Of a DNA stretch of 64,000 bases, positions 1-12,992 are shown piece after piece. A program made the translations under genes and the position numbers. Each line of letters begins with the position of its first letter. The stretch's first letter is position 1. The notes beneath the pieces were generated by a model. It made no database searches. It was not told the origin of the DNA and saw nothing but the letters and a program-made list of their open reading frames with translations. Source of the stretch: Escherichia coli (GTDB lineage: Bacteria; Pseudomonadota; Gammaproteobacteria; Enterobacterales; Enterobacteriaceae); NCBI RefSeq assembly GCF_003334335.1, contig NZ_QOWQ01000021.1. One strand, given 5' to 3'.

Positions 1-617
1 TTTTCCAGAATCAGCGGCCAGGAGGTCTGCTGTTCATACACCTCTACAGAACCGACCACATGCGGCATGATCACCTGTGCCGCCCCGGTTGAATAATCGC
101 CGCTATGCCCGGAATAACCGCCCGCCAGGTTCATATAACGTTGCAGTAAGGTTTGCGCTTTATGCAACACGCCAGAAGAGCGCCAGCCGTATGATCCGGC
201 AAAAATAGCCGATGGTCCGTTAGCTTTGCGAATGCGATCGTGTTGCTCATGAATCAGTTTTAATGCTTGTTCCCAGCTCACCTGTACATAGGTATCTTCG
301 CCACGACCTTTCGTCGGTTGCAGTGGATTATCGAGATAGCTTTTTCTCACCATCGGATGCTGAATACGCGTCGTGGTGTGTACCTGATCCGCCGCCGTAG
401 ACTGTAAGGAATTCGGTATGGTTTTCGCCAGCGCGCCTGTTGAAGAAACAATCTTGCCGTCCTTCACTTCTACGTTCATCGCTCCCCAACGTCCCGCGGT
501 GAGGATTTTACCGCCCTTCTCTTCTGCCCATGCGGGGAGCGGTGCTGCCGATGTCACCACCAGCGCTCCAGCGGCAATACCGCTGTGTTTAATAAATTCA
601 CGTCTTGTTAATGTCAT
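1..617 (-). CDS. torZ: TMAO/N-oxide reductase catalytic subunit TorZ (BisZ), 5-prime part only; gene continues past window start
   Basis: Reverse-strand frame starts at an ATG (complement about 615-617) and encodes a twin-arginine signal [10 protein letters not shown]...; sits directly downstream of torY as in the torYZ operon. Coordinates from manual counting. Confidence 0.8.
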   Translation of the reverse strand, partial: MTLTRREFIKHSGIAAGALVVTSAAPLPAWAEEKGGKILTAGRWGAMNVEVKDGKIVSSTGALAKTIPNSLQSTAADQVHTTTRIQHPMVRKSYLDNPLQPTKGRGEDTYVQVSWEQALKLIHEQHDRIRKANGPSAIFAGSYGWRSSGVLHKAQTLLQRYMNLAGGYSGHSGDYSTGAAQVIMPHVVGSVEVYEQQTSWPLILE

Positions 618-641
618 AACTTCCTCCCTGATCAACGAGGA

Positions 642-1742
642 TCACTGTTTCTCGGTAATATCTTTGGCGTTGTACTGGAAATACCGCGTTAAAATGTCCA
701 GTTCGTTTTCGCTCATGCTGGTTCGTGCCCCCATTCCTTTGGCAATGGACGGCCACGCATTGACGGTGTAATGGTCGGCGGCAATAGGGGCATGACAACC
801 AGCGCAATAGGTATCGTCAAGTTTTTCAGCGTATTGCCATAGCGGTTTACGGTCCGCTAATGCGGGGACGGTAAGCGCACCCTGTAAAGACGCCTGACGC
901 CATTGATTGCCGTATTCGTCAGCCTGCCATTCCCCGTTTACCGTGAGCGCCTTGATACCTTCTTCACTTAATGTGGCTAGCGCCAGCCGTTGACCTGCCG
1001 CCAGGTAGAGCGTGTTTTCACTGCCCTGCATTTGATAACCCTGCAACAGAACGATCGGCTGTTTGCCACTGGCATCAACGACGGTGAGATCGGTACCAGG
1101 ATTCACGGTAGCCAGCTCGCCTATGCGAGAAGTTTTGAAAGGATAAATATGTGCGCCATTAGTCACTGAAGTAGCGGCCTGACTTTCCAGCTCATGCGCC
1201 GCGTTGTCATCCATTTTTATTTCTGGCGGAAAATGGGCAATGCCTTTATGACAATCGATACAGGTTTCGCCGCCCTTTTGTGCTTTGTTATGCATTTTCT
1301 GCGCAGATTCACTTTGCGAGGCAATATCCATGGCATCAAAAGAATGGCAACTACGGCACGTTGCAGAGTCAGTTGCTTTTAATTCTTTCCATACTGTTTC
1401 GGCCATTTCCTGGCGATGAGTTTCGAACTTATCGTCACTGTCTATTTTGCCGCTAACAAATTCATGATAAATATCTTTAGATGCTTTTAATTTAGCAAAT
1501 AAATAATCCATCCCTGACTTTGGAATATGGCAATCTGCACATTCCGCACGTATCCCTTTCTGGTTCGAAAAGTGGACAGTTCCCTGATATACCTCAAAAG
1601 GTTTACTCATCGAGTGGCAGGAAAGGCAAAATGCTGTATCCGACGTTTTATGTAAGGCTTTTTGCGCCAGCAATAACCCGCCGCCACCAACCACAACCGC
1701 TATCAGCAAAAACAATAACCCAATGCGTTTTTTCCCTCGCAT
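642..1742 (-). CDS. torY: NapC/NirT-family multihaem c-type cytochrome TorY
   Basis: 366 aa track ORF with N-terminal membrane anchor and several CxxCH haem motifs (CLSCH, CADCH, CRSCH, CIDCH, CAGCH). Confidence 0.92.
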   Translation of the reverse strand: MRGKKRIGLLFLLIAVVVGGGGLLLAQKALHKTSDTAFCLSCHSMSKPFEVYQGTVHFSNQKGIRAECADCHIPKSGMDYLFAKLKASKDIYHEFVSGKIDSDDKFETHRQEMAETVWKELKATDSATCRSCHSFDAMDIASQSESAQKMHNKAQKGGETCIDCHKGIAHFPPEIKMDDNAAHELESQAATSVTNGAHIYPFKTSRIGELATVNPGTDLTVVDASGKQPIVLLQGYQMQGSENTLYLAAGQRLALATLSEEGIKALTVNGEWQADEYGNQWRQASLQGALTVPALADRKPLWQYAEKLDDTYCAGCHAPIAADHYTVNAWPSIAKGMGARTSMSENELDILTRYFQYNAKDITEKQ

Positions 1743-2050
1743 AGATTCCTCTAAATAAATTCCAGAACACCGAAATCATTGTATAATTAAATACACAACG
1801 AATTAACCGCTTGCATAACTCGGCACAACACTGCCTGAAATAATCGATAAAGAATATGATTTATTACAATGTAATCATTAATTGCTAAGGAATAACCCAG
1901 TTGCTATTTAGAATATATATTTATCAGTTTTAGCAATTTAAATCCCATAATCAATGTGAATATAAAAAATATTATTAGCACAACGCTATGTTCACTGTCA
2001 CCCGCTCAACAGATCACGGTTATCGTTCGTTTTTTATACTGCTCAGGGAT

Positions 2051-2082
2051 AAAAAAAGGCCCCTGTTGAAATTGCAGGGGCC
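2051..2082 (-). terminator. putative rho-independent terminator after cutC
   Basis: Inverted repeat ggcccctg...caggggcc preceded on the + strand by an A-run (T-run on the - strand), about 50 nt past the cutC stop. Confidence 0.55.
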
Positions 2083-2129
2083 TGGTACGAGCAAGCATCA
2101 TATTGGGCGACATGATGCAACGGTAAAAA

Positions 2130-2885
<756 letters not shown>

Positions 2886-2889
2886 TTAA

Positions 2890-3456
2890 TTACGCTGACT
2901 GCTCGCTGGCAACGATCTCTTCAATGGACCACGGATGAAACTTAATAGTTGTTTTGCCATCGGTGACCGCCAGCGTCGGATTCGGTAATCGCTCATGCTC
3001 ACCTTTTGGTGAACTGGTTTTAACTGAGATCCCCGGTAGGCTGAGTCCTTCATCAGAAAGCAATGCCAGCGCACGGGCATTCAGCGTTTCTGGATCACCC
3101 GGCAGAACGATTTCAATATGTTCCCAACCTTCGTGTGGGTAACGTTTTTCCCCGGGCCACGGTAGCTCCACAATAGAAAACTGCCAGTGCGCAACCTGTA
3201 CCGGTTCATGCAATTTAAACAGACAAATCGGTCTGCCATTGATCATATTTTCTGACAAAAGCTCGCCACACTGTTCAAACCCGCGACGCCAGCGTTCAGC
3301 AGTGGCGTTTTGATGGCAACGCAAAGAAATGTGATCGGCAGTCAGCGGAGTGATATTCAACCCCAGACGGAGGGAAAGTTCATCTAATGCGTGGGTAAAT
3401 CGCGGTAAATCCGATGCAATATCCTGCAGCTCGTCGATAGATTGCCAGTTCGCCAT
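2890..3456 (-). CDS. yecM: YecM, VOC/glyoxalase-fold protein
   Basis: Track ORF 2890..3462; the known protein starts at the second Met (MANWQSIDELQ...), 188 aa; flanked by cutC and argS. Confidence 0.88.
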   Translation of the reverse strand: MANWQSIDELQDIASDLPRFTHALDELSLRLGLNITPLTADHISLRCHQNATAERWRRGFEQCGELLSENMINGRPICLFKLHEPVQVAHWQFSIVELPWPGEKRYPHEGWEHIEIVLPGDPETLNARALALLSDEGLSLPGISVKTSSPKGEHERLPNPTLAVTDGKTTIKFHPWSIEEIVASEQSA

Positions 3457-3671
3457 AATCACTCTTCGTCTTTCAGTAAAAGCGTTAATTTACCCTGTTG
3501 CCCTGCGCCAACCAACCGCTGATTTCACGCCGCTTCTGATGCAATAGTGAAAACGGCAATACGCCACGCGCACGTTGCTGACGAAAACAGCCATTTGCAG
3601 TATACTCCCGCCCTAATTTCTTTAACTGGTGCGGGCAATTTTTGCTCGCTTCATCAATGTAAGGTATTCCG

Positions 3672-5405
3672 GTGAATATTCAGGCTCTTCTCTCAGAAAA
3701 AGTCCGTCAGGCCATGATTGCGGCAGGCGCGCCTGCGGATTGCGAACCGCAGGTTCGTCAGTCAGCAAAAGTTCAGTTCGGCGACTATCAGGCTAACGGC
3801 ATGATGGCAGTTGCTAAAAAACTGGGTATGGCACCGCGACAATTAGCAGAGCAGGTGCTGACTCATCTGGATCTTAACGGTATCGCCAGCAAAGTTGAGA
3901 TCGCCGGTCCAGGCTTTATCAACATTTTCCTTGATCCGGCATTCCTGGCTGAACATGTTCAGCAGGCGCTGGCGTCCGATCGTCTCGGTGTTTCTACGCC
4001 AGAAAAACAGACCATTGTGGTTGACTACTCTGCGCCAAACGTGGCGAAAGAGATGCATGTCGGTCACCTGCGCTCTACCATTATTGGTGACGCAGCAGTG
4101 CGTACTCTGGAGTTCCTCGGTCACAAAGTGATTCGCGCAAACCACGTCGGCGACTGGGGCACTCAGTTCGGTATGCTGATTGCATGGCTGGAAAAGCAGC
4201 AGCAGGAAAACGCCGGTGAAATGGAGCTGGCTGACCTTGAAGGTTTCTACCGCGATGCGAAAAAGCATTACGACGAAGATGAAGAGTTTGCCGAGCGTGC
4301 ACGTAACTACGTGGTAAAACTGCAAAGCGGTGACGAATATTTCCGCGAGATGTGGCGCAAACTGGTCGACATCACCATGACGCAGAACCAGATCACCTAC
4401 GATCGTCTCAACGTGACGCTGACCCGTGATGACGTGATGGGCGAAAGCCTCTACAACCCAATGCTGCCAGGAATTGTGGCGGATCTCAAAGCCAAAGGTC
4501 TGGCAGTAGAAAGCGAAGGGGCGACCGTCGTATTCCTTGATGAGTTTAAAAACAAGGAAGGCGAACCGATGGGCGTGATCATTCAGAAGAAAGATGGCGG
4601 CTATCTCTACACCACCACTGATATCGCCTGTGCGAAATATCGTTATGAAACACTGCATGCCGATCGCGTGCTGTATTACATCGACTCCCGTCAGCATCAA
4701 CACCTGATGCAGGCATGGGCGATCGTCCGTAAAGCAGGCTATGTACCGGAATCCGTACCGCTGGAACACCACATGTTCGGCATGATGCTGGGTAAAGACG
4801 GCAAACCGTTCAAAACCCGCGCGGGTGGTACAGTGAAACTGGCCGATCTGCTGGATGAAGCCCTGGAACGTGCACGCCGTCTGGTGGCAGAAAAGAACCC
4901 GGATATGCCAGCTGACGAGCTGGAAAAACTGGCTAACGCGGTTGGTATTGGTGCGGTGAAATATGCGGATCTCTCCAAAAACCGCACCACGGACTACATC
5001 TTCGACTGGGACAACATGCTGGCGTTTGAGGGTAATACCGCGCCATACATGCAGTATGCTTACACGCGTGTATTGTCCGTGTTCCGTAAGGCAGAAATTA
5101 ACGAAGAGCAACTGGCTGCAGCTCCGGTAATCATCCGTGAAGATCGTGAAGCGCAACTGGCAGCTCGCCTGCTGCAGTTTGAAGAAACCCTCACCGTGGT
5201 TGCCCGTGAAGGCACGCCGCATGTGATGTGTGCTTACCTGTACGATCTGGCTGGTCTGTTCTCTGGCTTCTACGAGCACTGCCCGATCCTCAGCGCAGAA
5301 AACGAAGAAGTGCGTAACAGCCGTCTGAAACTGGCACAACTGACAGCGAAGACGCTAAAGCTGGGTCTGGATACGCTGGGTATTGAGACAGTAGAGCGTA
5401 TGTAA
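3672..5405 (+). CDS. argS: arginine--tRNA ligase
   Basis: 577 aa ORF with class I aminoacyl-tRNA synthetase HIGH-type motif (HVGHLRS) and ArgRS-like sequence throughout; GTG start. Confidence 0.97.
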   Translation: MNIQALLSEKVRQAMIAAGAPADCEPQVRQSAKVQFGDYQANGMMAVAKKLGMAPRQLAEQVLTHLDLNGIASKVEIAGPGFINIFLDPAFLAEHVQQALASDRLGVSTPEKQTIVVDYSAPNVAKEMHVGHLRSTIIGDAAVRTLEFLGHKVIRANHVGDWGTQFGMLIAWLEKQQQENAGEMELADLEGFYRDAKKHYDEDEEFAERARNYVVKLQSGDEYFREMWRKLVDITMTQNQITYDRLNVTLTRDDVMGESLYNPMLPGIVADLKAKGLAVESEGATVVFLDEFKNKEGEPMGVIIQKKDGGYLYTTTDIACAKYRYETLHADRVLYYIDSRQHQHLMQAWAIVRKAGYVPESVPLEHHMFGMMLGKDGKPFKTRAGGTVKLADLLDEALERARRLVAEKNPDMPADELEKLANAVGIGAVKYADLSKNRTTDYIFDWDNMLAFEGNTAPYMQYAYTRVLSVFRKAEINEEQLAAAPVIIREDREAQLAARLLQFEETLTVVAREGTPHVMCAYLYDLAGLFSGFYEHCPILSAENEEVRNSRLKLAQLTAKTLKLGLDTLGIETVERM

Positions 5406-5424
5406 TCGATTTTTCGTGAGAGTA

Positions 5425-5460
5425 AAGCCTGATCAGGGTTACCTGATCAGGCTTTTTTAT
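5425..5460 (+). terminator. rho-independent terminator of argS
   Basis: Perfect hairpin agcctgatcagg / cctgatcaggct followed by T6, about 20 nt after the argS stop. Confidence 0.8.
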
Positions 5461-5581
5461 TGCCATCTAAATGTATTCTGAAAATGGACATGCCATTGTT
5501 TTCTGACTGTTGGATAAGAGGCCAGAAGCGTAATATCCGGCCCCAGGGAAACGATAACGGTTGAATTTAAGGAATACCGCA

Positions 5582-6070
5582 GTGTTTAAATTTCTTGTAT
5601 TAACATTAGGCATTATCTCTTGCCAGGCTTACGCAGAAGATACGGTTATAGTAAACGACCATGACATTTCAGCCATCAAAGATTGTTGGCAAAAAAATTC
5701 AGATGATGATACTGACATTAACGTGATCAAATCATGCCTGCGACAAGAATACAATCTCGTCGATGCGCAATTAAATAAAGCCTATGGTGAAGCTTATCGT
5801 TATATAGAACAAGTGCCACGCACAGGTGTAAAAAAACCTGATACCGAACAACTTAACTTGCTTAAAAAATCACAGCGAGCCTGGCTGGATTTTAGGGACA
5901 AAGAATGTGAATTAATCCTTTCAAATGAGGACGTTCAGGATTTAAGTGACCCTTATTCTGAATCAGAATGGCTCTCATGTATGATCATACAGACCAATAC
6001 GCGAACTCGCCAGTTGCAGCTATACCATAACTCTGAAGATTTTTATCCAAGCCCTTTGACAAGAGGATAA
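5582..6070 (+). CDS. yecT: YecT, secreted DUF1311-family protein
   Basis: Track ORF 5561..6070; a GTG at about 5582 preceded by aagga gives a 162 aa product with signal peptide VFKFLVLTLGIISCQAYA. Confidence 0.8.
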   Translation: MFKFLVLTLGIISCQAYAEDTVIVNDHDISAIKDCWQKNSDDDTDINVIKSCLRQEYNLVDAQLNKAYGEAYRYIEQVPRTGVKKPDTEQLNLLKKSQRAWLDFRDKECELILSNEDVQDLSDPYSESEWLSCMIIQTNTRTRQLQLYHNSEDFYPSPLTRG

Positions 6071-6189
6071 TTCACATCTTTTTGGCATGTTTTGTTGCAA
6101 GCTATTCCTGATAAATAATTGCAACAAGACATCGAGCCTTTTTCACTGAGTTATTAAACATACTCGCGAGCGCGTAATTTTTTTGTCCT

Positions 6190-6582
6190 TCAGCGATAAT
6201 TCACAATCACTTCATTACGTTGTACCTTTAGCGGTGGAATTAACCGCCCACCGCCTGGCACTTCCCAGATAAATCGCAACGGTTCTGCTGCCGCTATACC
6301 GGAAAAGGCCACGGTGGTTCCGCTCTGCCCCTCTAATTCGACACAACGAGATTGCGAACACAAGCGAACCCGCAGTCCTGAAGGTGTCGGGCCGATAAGC
6401 TGATAACGCCACGCTACCAGCGTCATCAATCCTGAAGCAGGTTGTCGCGTAGAAAGAGGCGCAGACGACATCGACTCACCGCGATGATTTAGCGTAATTC
6501 CTACACTACTTGCCTGCCACATCCCCTCCCCGGCGGCTTGCACCAGCAGCGGAAACAATAATATTGCTAATAAGGTTCTCAT
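6190..6582 (-). CDS. flhE: flagellar protein FlhE
   Basis: 130 aa ORF with signal peptide MRTLLAILLFPLLVQA; last gene of the flhBAE cluster. Confidence 0.92.
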   Translation of the reverse strand: MRTLLAILLFPLLVQAAGEGMWQASSVGITLNHRGESMSSAPLSTRQPASGLMTLVAWRYQLIGPTPSGLRVRLCSQSRCVELEGQSGTTVAFSGIAAAEPLRFIWEVPGGGRLIPPLKVQRNEVIVNYR

Positions 6583-8660
6583 TATTTGCCGCCAATTGTC
6601 GCCGTCATGCGGATATGTCGGTTATCAGACAGTTCCAGATTCGACAGGACCACTAACTGCGGCAAGCTGCGGCGCAGGAAGCGAGACAATAATGGTCGCA
6701 GCGCGTGGTTCACCAACAATACTGGCGGCGCACCCAGCATCTCCTGACGGGATAGCGCTTCCTGAGTTTGCGCCAGTAAACGATCCGCCAGCCCTGGCTC
6801 CAGTCCTCCCCCGCCCTGCAGCGCCTGTAGTAACAAACGTTCCAGCGGTGTATCGAGGCCAATAACATGGACTTCATCTTTGCCAGGAAACCACTGCTGG
6901 GTAATCGCCCGTCCCAACGCCACGCGCACGACGGCGGTTAATTCATGTGGATCGCTTTGGATGGGCGCATGTTCCGCCAGCGTTTCGAGAATGGTGCGCA
7001 TATCGCGAATCGGTACTTTTTCATCGAGGAGATTTTGCAGCACTTTATGCAGTGTGGTGAGCGTGACGACGCCAGGAACGAGATCTTCCGTCAGCTTTGG
7101 CATCTCCTGGGCGACGCGATCCAACAGCTGTTGCGCCTCCTGACGACCAAACAGCTCTGCGGCATGCTGGCTAATGAGGTGGTTAAGATGCGTTGCTACC
7201 ACCGTGCTGGCCTCAACCACTGTGTACCCCTGAATCTGCGCCTGTTCTTTTAGCGCACTTTCAATCCAGATAGCATTCAGGCCAAATGCCGGATCGACGG
7301 TCGCCTCACCAGGTAACGTCCCGGCAGCGGTTCCAGGGTTAATCGCCAGCCAGCGCCCCGGATAAGCATCACCACTGCCAATCTCCACGCCTTTCATCAA
7401 AATGCGATAGCGGGCAGGTTGCAGATCCATATTGTCGCGAATGTGCACCACTGGCGGCAGAAATCCCATCTCCTGGGCAAATTTCTTGCGGATACTGCGT
7501 ATACGGCCCAACAACTCACCATCCTGCTGGAAATCGACCATCGGGATCAGTCGATAACCCACTTCCATTCCCAGAGAATCTTCCAGTTGTACATCGTTCC
7601 ACGTCGCTTCGACAACGGTATTATTCTCTGCCATTTTTACCGGTTTGGGTTCGGCAGGCGCTTTTTGTTCGCGTCCGCGTATCCACCAGGCCAGCCCCAG
7701 CAATCCGGCAGTGAACAGCAAAAATACCAGGTTCGGCATTCCAGGCACCAGGCCGAGTAAACCGAGCACGGCGGCGCTTAACAACATAACGCTTGGGTTA
7801 CTGAAAAGCTGATTCACCATCTGCTCGCCAACATCCTGATCGGTGCTGACACGCGTAACGATGACCCCCGCGGCGGTAGAAATCACCAGCGCCGGAATTT
7901 GTGCCACCAGACCGTCGCCAATGGTCAATAGCGTATAACTTTCCGCCGCGTGTCCCATGCTCATGCCATGTTGCAGCACGCCGACCAGCAACCCGCCGAC
8001 AACGTTAATGACCATGATGAGGATCCCGGCGATGGCATCGCCGCGAACAAACTTACTTGCCCCGTCCATTGAGCCGTAAAAATCGGCTTCCTGAGTCACT
8101 TCGGAGCGGCGTTTTTTCGCCTCATCTTCACCAATCAATCCAGCGTTAAGGTCGGCGTCAATCGCCATCTGCTTACCCGGCATACCATCGAGAACAAAGC
8201 GCGCACCCACTTCTGCGATACGCCCGGCACCTTTGGTAATGACCATAAAGTTGATGATCACGAGAATGACAAACACCACGATACCGATAGCGAAATTGCC
8301 ACCAACGAGGAAGTGACCGAACGCTTCGACCACCTTCCCAGCCGCCGCCGCGCCGGTATGCCCTTCCATCAAAATGATACGGGTTGAAGCCACGTTAAGT
8401 GCCAGACGCAACAACGTAGTAAACAACAGAATGGTCGGAAACGCAGCAAACTCAAGCGTGCGCTGGGTAAACATCGCCACCAGCAACACCATGATCGACA
8501 AGGCAATATTGAAGGTAAACAACAGGTCGAGTATGAATGCGGGCAGTGGCAGCACCATCATCGACAAGATCAACAGGATCAAAATCGGTCCGGCAAGGAT
8601 CTGCCATTGTGTCGATTTCAGGTTTGCGGGCAGGCGCAGCATCGCGGCCAGATTACTCAT
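6582..8660 (-). CDS. flhA: flagellar type III export apparatus protein FlhA
   Basis: Track ORF 6582..8735 carries a 25-codon upstream extension; the conserved FlhA N-terminus MSNLAAMLRLPANLK starts at 8660 (692 aa). Confidence 0.95.
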   Translation of the reverse strand: MSNLAAMLRLPANLKSTQWQILAGPILILLILSMMVLPLPAFILDLLFTFNIALSIMVLLVAMFTQRTLEFAAFPTILLFTTLLRLALNVASTRIILMEGHTGAAAAGKVVEAFGHFLVGGNFAIGIVVFVILVIINFMVITKGAGRIAEVGARFVLDGMPGKQMAIDADLNAGLIGEDEAKKRRSEVTQEADFYGSMDGASKFVRGDAIAGILIMVINVVGGLLVGVLQHGMSMGHAAESYTLLTIGDGLVAQIPALVISTAAGVIVTRVSTDQDVGEQMVNQLFSNPSVMLLSAAVLGLLGLVPGMPNLVFLLFTAGLLGLAWWIRGREQKAPAEPKPVKMAENNTVVEATWNDVQLEDSLGMEVGYRLIPMVDFQQDGELLGRIRSIRKKFAQEMGFLPPVVHIRDNMDLQPARYRILMKGVEIGSGDAYPGRWLAINPGTAAGTLPGEATVDPAFGLNAIWIESALKEQAQIQGYTVVEASTVVATHLNHLISQHAAELFGRQEAQQLLDRVAQEMPKLTEDLVPGVVTLTTLHKVLQNLLDEKVPIRDMRTILETLAEHAPIQSDPHELTAVVRVALGRAITQQWFPGKDEVHVIGLDTPLERLLLQALQGGGGLEPGLADRLLAQTQEALSRQEMLGAPPVLLVNHALRPLLSRFLRRSLPQLVVLSNLELSDNRHIRMTATIGGK

Positions 8661-9801
8661 GGGTCGGTTTCTCGTTAATAAAATCCAGGGCTTCCGGCAC
8701 CGGAAGATGAGTAGGTTGTACAGGGCGCTGTCCACCAGCCAGACGCCAGCGTTTCAGTTGCCAGACCCAGGCCAGCACTTCCGCCACCGCGGCGTACAGT
8801 TGACCCGGGATTTGTTGACCAATCTCCGCATGTCGATACAGCGCTCGCGCCAGCGGCGGCGCTTCAAGCGTCGGGACGTTATTTTCAGCGCCAATTTCAC
8901 GAATGCGCAGCGCGACCAGCCCTGCACCTTTAGCGACCACTTTCGGTGCGCTCATTTTGTTTTCGTCATACTGCAACGCTACCGAATAGTGGGTCGGGTT
9001 ATTGACAATGACATCCGCTTTCGGCACATCGGCCATCATCCGACGCCGTGCGGCAGCTCGCTGCATCTGACGGATCCGTCCTTTAACATGGGGGTCGCCT
9101 TCGCTTTGTTTGAACTCATCACGAATATCCTGCCGCGACATTCGCAGCTTTTTCAGGTGGCTGAATATTTGGAAAAAGACGTCAAATCCCACCATTGGAA
9201 TGACACCAAGCACCACCAGCAGTGCGCATAGCCCTACCAAATCCATCGCATTACCCATGGCGGTAATCGGAGACTCGGCCATTAAGCGCATCATCTGCGG
9301 CCAGTGATGCCAGAGATAAAACCCCGTCACGCTGCCAACCAGGATGTTTTTCAAAATTGCTTTAAGCAACTCCGCGCCAGTCTGAGCCGAGAACATCCGT
9401 TTAATGCCCGGTAGCGGGTTGAGTTTGGAAAACTTCGGCTGCAAGGATTTGCCGCTAAATACCAGCCCTCCCAGCATGACCGGAGAAATGAGCGCCACCA
9501 GCACCACGCCGCTAATCAGCGGCAGCAGCGCCAGCATGGCTTCTCTGATCAGCAGAATAATCTGCCCGAGGATCAGATTCGGGTCATTGATAATACTGTG
9601 ATCAAAATGCAGCCCAGCGGAGAGCATGCCCGACAATCGACGGGCCAGCGACACACCGCCAAACCAGATAACACTAACGCCCACCAGCAAAATCAGCAGT
9701 GAGGTCAGTTCACGGGAACGCGGGATTTGCCCCTCTTCCCGCGCTTTTTCTAGTCGGTGAGGTGTGGGGGCTTCTGTTTTGTCGTCGCTCTCGTCAGACA
9801 C
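8653..9801 (-). CDS. flhB: flagellar export apparatus switch protein FlhB
   Basis: 382 aa ORF MSDESDDKTEAPTPHRLEKAREEGQIPRS... with the NPTH autocleavage motif (VIVNNPTHYSVAL). Confidence 0.95.
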   Translation of the reverse strand: MSDESDDKTEAPTPHRLEKAREEGQIPRSRELTSLLILLVGVSVIWFGGVSLARRLSGMLSAGLHFDHSIINDPNLILGQIILLIREAMLALLPLISGVVLVALISPVMLGGLVFSGKSLQPKFSKLNPLPGIKRMFSAQTGAELLKAILKNILVGSVTGFYLWHHWPQMMRLMAESPITAMGNAMDLVGLCALLVVLGVIPMVGFDVFFQIFSHLKKLRMSRQDIRDEFKQSEGDPHVKGRIRQMQRAAARRRMMADVPKADVIVNNPTHYSVALQYDENKMSAPKVVAKGAGLVALRIREIGAENNVPTLEAPPLARALYRHAEIGQQIPGQLYAAVAEVLAWVWQLKRWRLAGGQRPVQPTHLPVPEALDFINEKPTHE

Positions 9802-9929
9802 GTCGCCAATCCTGGAAAGAGTATTAAGCGTGAATGATGCCAGAGCGCAAAGCGTTCAATGGTTTGAGTAAGGGGCAAAACAGGCGGGATTTAGGGCTTT
9901 TGCTGCCACACATCAAGCATAGTGTGCGT

Positions 9930-9995
9930 TTGTCGGATGCGGCGTCATCGCCTTATCAGACCGCCTGATATGACGTGGTCACGCCACATCAGGCA
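9930..9995. repeat. REP-like extragenic palindromic element
   Basis: Intergenic sequence tcggatgcggcgtcatcgccttatcagaccgcctgatatgacgtggtcacgccacatcaggc resembles enterobacterial REP units (GCCGGATGCGGCG...CGCCTTATC). Confidence 0.55.
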
Positions 9996-10002
9996 ATACA
10001 AA

Positions 10003-10647
10003 TCAAAATCCAAGACTATCCAACAAATCGTCCACCTGATCCTGACTGGCTACCACGCCGGCTTTGCTGGTATCGACCTGAGGTCCATTAAGCAAACTCT
10101 GGTTTTCACGTTTTGGACGCGACTCCTGTTCCGGGATGTTTTCCAACAGCACCATCAGCAACTGGCGTTCGATCTCCTGAATGACATCCATCATCCGCTT
10201 AATGACCTGCCCGGTGAGATCCTGAAAATCCTGCGCCATCATGATTTCCAGCAGTTGCGCGTTAGTAAAGCTGGTATGCGCGGGTACATCTGCCAGAAAT
10301 TGTCGTGTATCTGTTACCAGTTCACGGGCGTCGGCAAGGTCAATCGGATCGGCAAACCAGTCATCCCAACGTTGGGTTAACGCTTTTGCTGATTTCTCCA
10401 TTTGATCCTGATGCGGTTGTGACGCCTCAACACTGTTCAGCGCCCGCTCCGCAGCCTGGGCGGTCATCTGCACAACATAGTACAAACGATCGCGCGCATC
10501 GGGGATGGCTTCCGCCGCTTCGGCAATGGCCTGATCCAGCCCCAGTTCCCGCAAACTGTCGCGCAGCATACGCGTCAGGCTGCCGATGCGCGCAATGATA
10601 TCGCCAGCTGAATGCTCGTCAGCAGGTTTGATTGATGGTTGCATCAT
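10003..10647 (-). CDS. cheZ: CheY-phosphate phosphatase CheZ
   Basis: Track ORF has a 10-codon extension; the CheZ start [18 protein letters not shown] gives 214 aa. Confidence 0.95.
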
Positions 10648-10657
10648 AGTCGCATCC

Positions 10658-12111
<1,454 letters not shown>

Positions 12112-12113
12112 CG

Positions 12114-12974
12114 TTAATCCTTACTTAGCGCATACACCGTCTGACCACGCAGCGTGAAGCGGCGCTCAAGGTGGCTAAAGTTTTCAGAGTGACCCGCAAA
12201 CAGCAATCCGTCGGGTTTAAGGAGCGGAACAAAGCGGCGCAAAATCTCCTGCTGGGTATTTTGATCGAAGTAGATCATGACGTTACGACAGAAGATCGCA
12301 TCAAACGGCCCCGGCACGGTGTACTGTTTCTCCAGTAGATTCAGCGGGGCAAAATCAACATAGTTCGCCAGCTCCTGACGCACGCGTACCAGCCCTTCAT
12401 GCGGTCCCGTCCCTCGCATGAAATACCGTTGCAGTTGCTGCGGCGTCAGGTTTTTCAACTCTTCATGGCGATAAATACCGCTTCTGGCTTTTTCCAGCAC
12501 TTCGGTGTCGATATCACTGGCAAACACTTTCCAGCGTCCGGGCGCGGTGCCCAATGTGTCAGCCAGCGTCATCGCAATGCTGTACGGCTCTTCGCCGGTC
12601 GAAGCCGCCGCGCTCCATACGCGATACTCGCCAGAACGGCGACGTGCGTGATCCGCGAGCAGAGGGAAATGGTGTGCCTCACGGAAAAATGCCGTCAGAT
12701 TCGTGGTCAGCGAATTGATAAACGCCTGCCACTCACCGCTGTGCTGATTAGATTCCAGCAAGTTCAGATAATGACCGAAATCCGTCAGTCCCAGCGAACG
12801 CAAACGACGAACCAGTCGGTTGTAAACCATGTCGCGTTTATGGTCAGCCAGAACGATCCCGGCTCGTTGATAGATCAATTGACTTATCCGCCGAAAATGC
12901 GCGTCGGAAAGCGCCAGGCGCTCGGTCATCTGTAACAATAAAGACGTTTGCCCACAGGGCAGAGATGAAGTCAT
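12114..12974 (-). CDS. cheR: chemotaxis methyltransferase CheR
   Basis: 286 aa SAM-dependent methyltransferase in the operon position between tap and cheB. Confidence 0.96.
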   Translation of the reverse strand: MTSSLPCGQTSLLLQMTERLALSDAHFRRISQLIYQRAGIVLADHKRDMVYNRLVRRLRSLGLTDFGHYLNLLESNQHSGEWQAFINSLTTNLTAFFREAHHFPLLADHARRRSGEYRVWSAAASTGEEPYSIAMTLADTLGTAPGRWKVFASDIDTEVLEKARSGIYRHEELKNLTPQQLQRYFMRGTGPHEGLVRVRQELANYVDFAPLNLLEKQYTVPGPFDAIFCRNVMIYFDQNTQQEILRRFVPLLKPDGLLFAGHSENFSHLERRFTLRGQTVYALSKD

Positions 12975-12992
12975 AGCGCCTTCTCAATCACT

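Noticed and set aside
418-771. 117 aa + strand ORF
   Set aside because: Lies antisense across the torZ start and the torZ-torY junction; composition is not protein-like; real genes occupy the opposite strand.
3843-5339. 498 aa - strand ORF inside argS
   Set aside because: Classic shadow ORF antisense to a highly conserved gene; Cys/His/Phe-rich junk composition.
8374-9231. 285 aa + strand ORF
   Set aside because: Antisense to flhA/flhB; overlaps two well-supported genes.
12399-12935. 178 aa + strand ORF
   Set aside because: Antisense to cheR.
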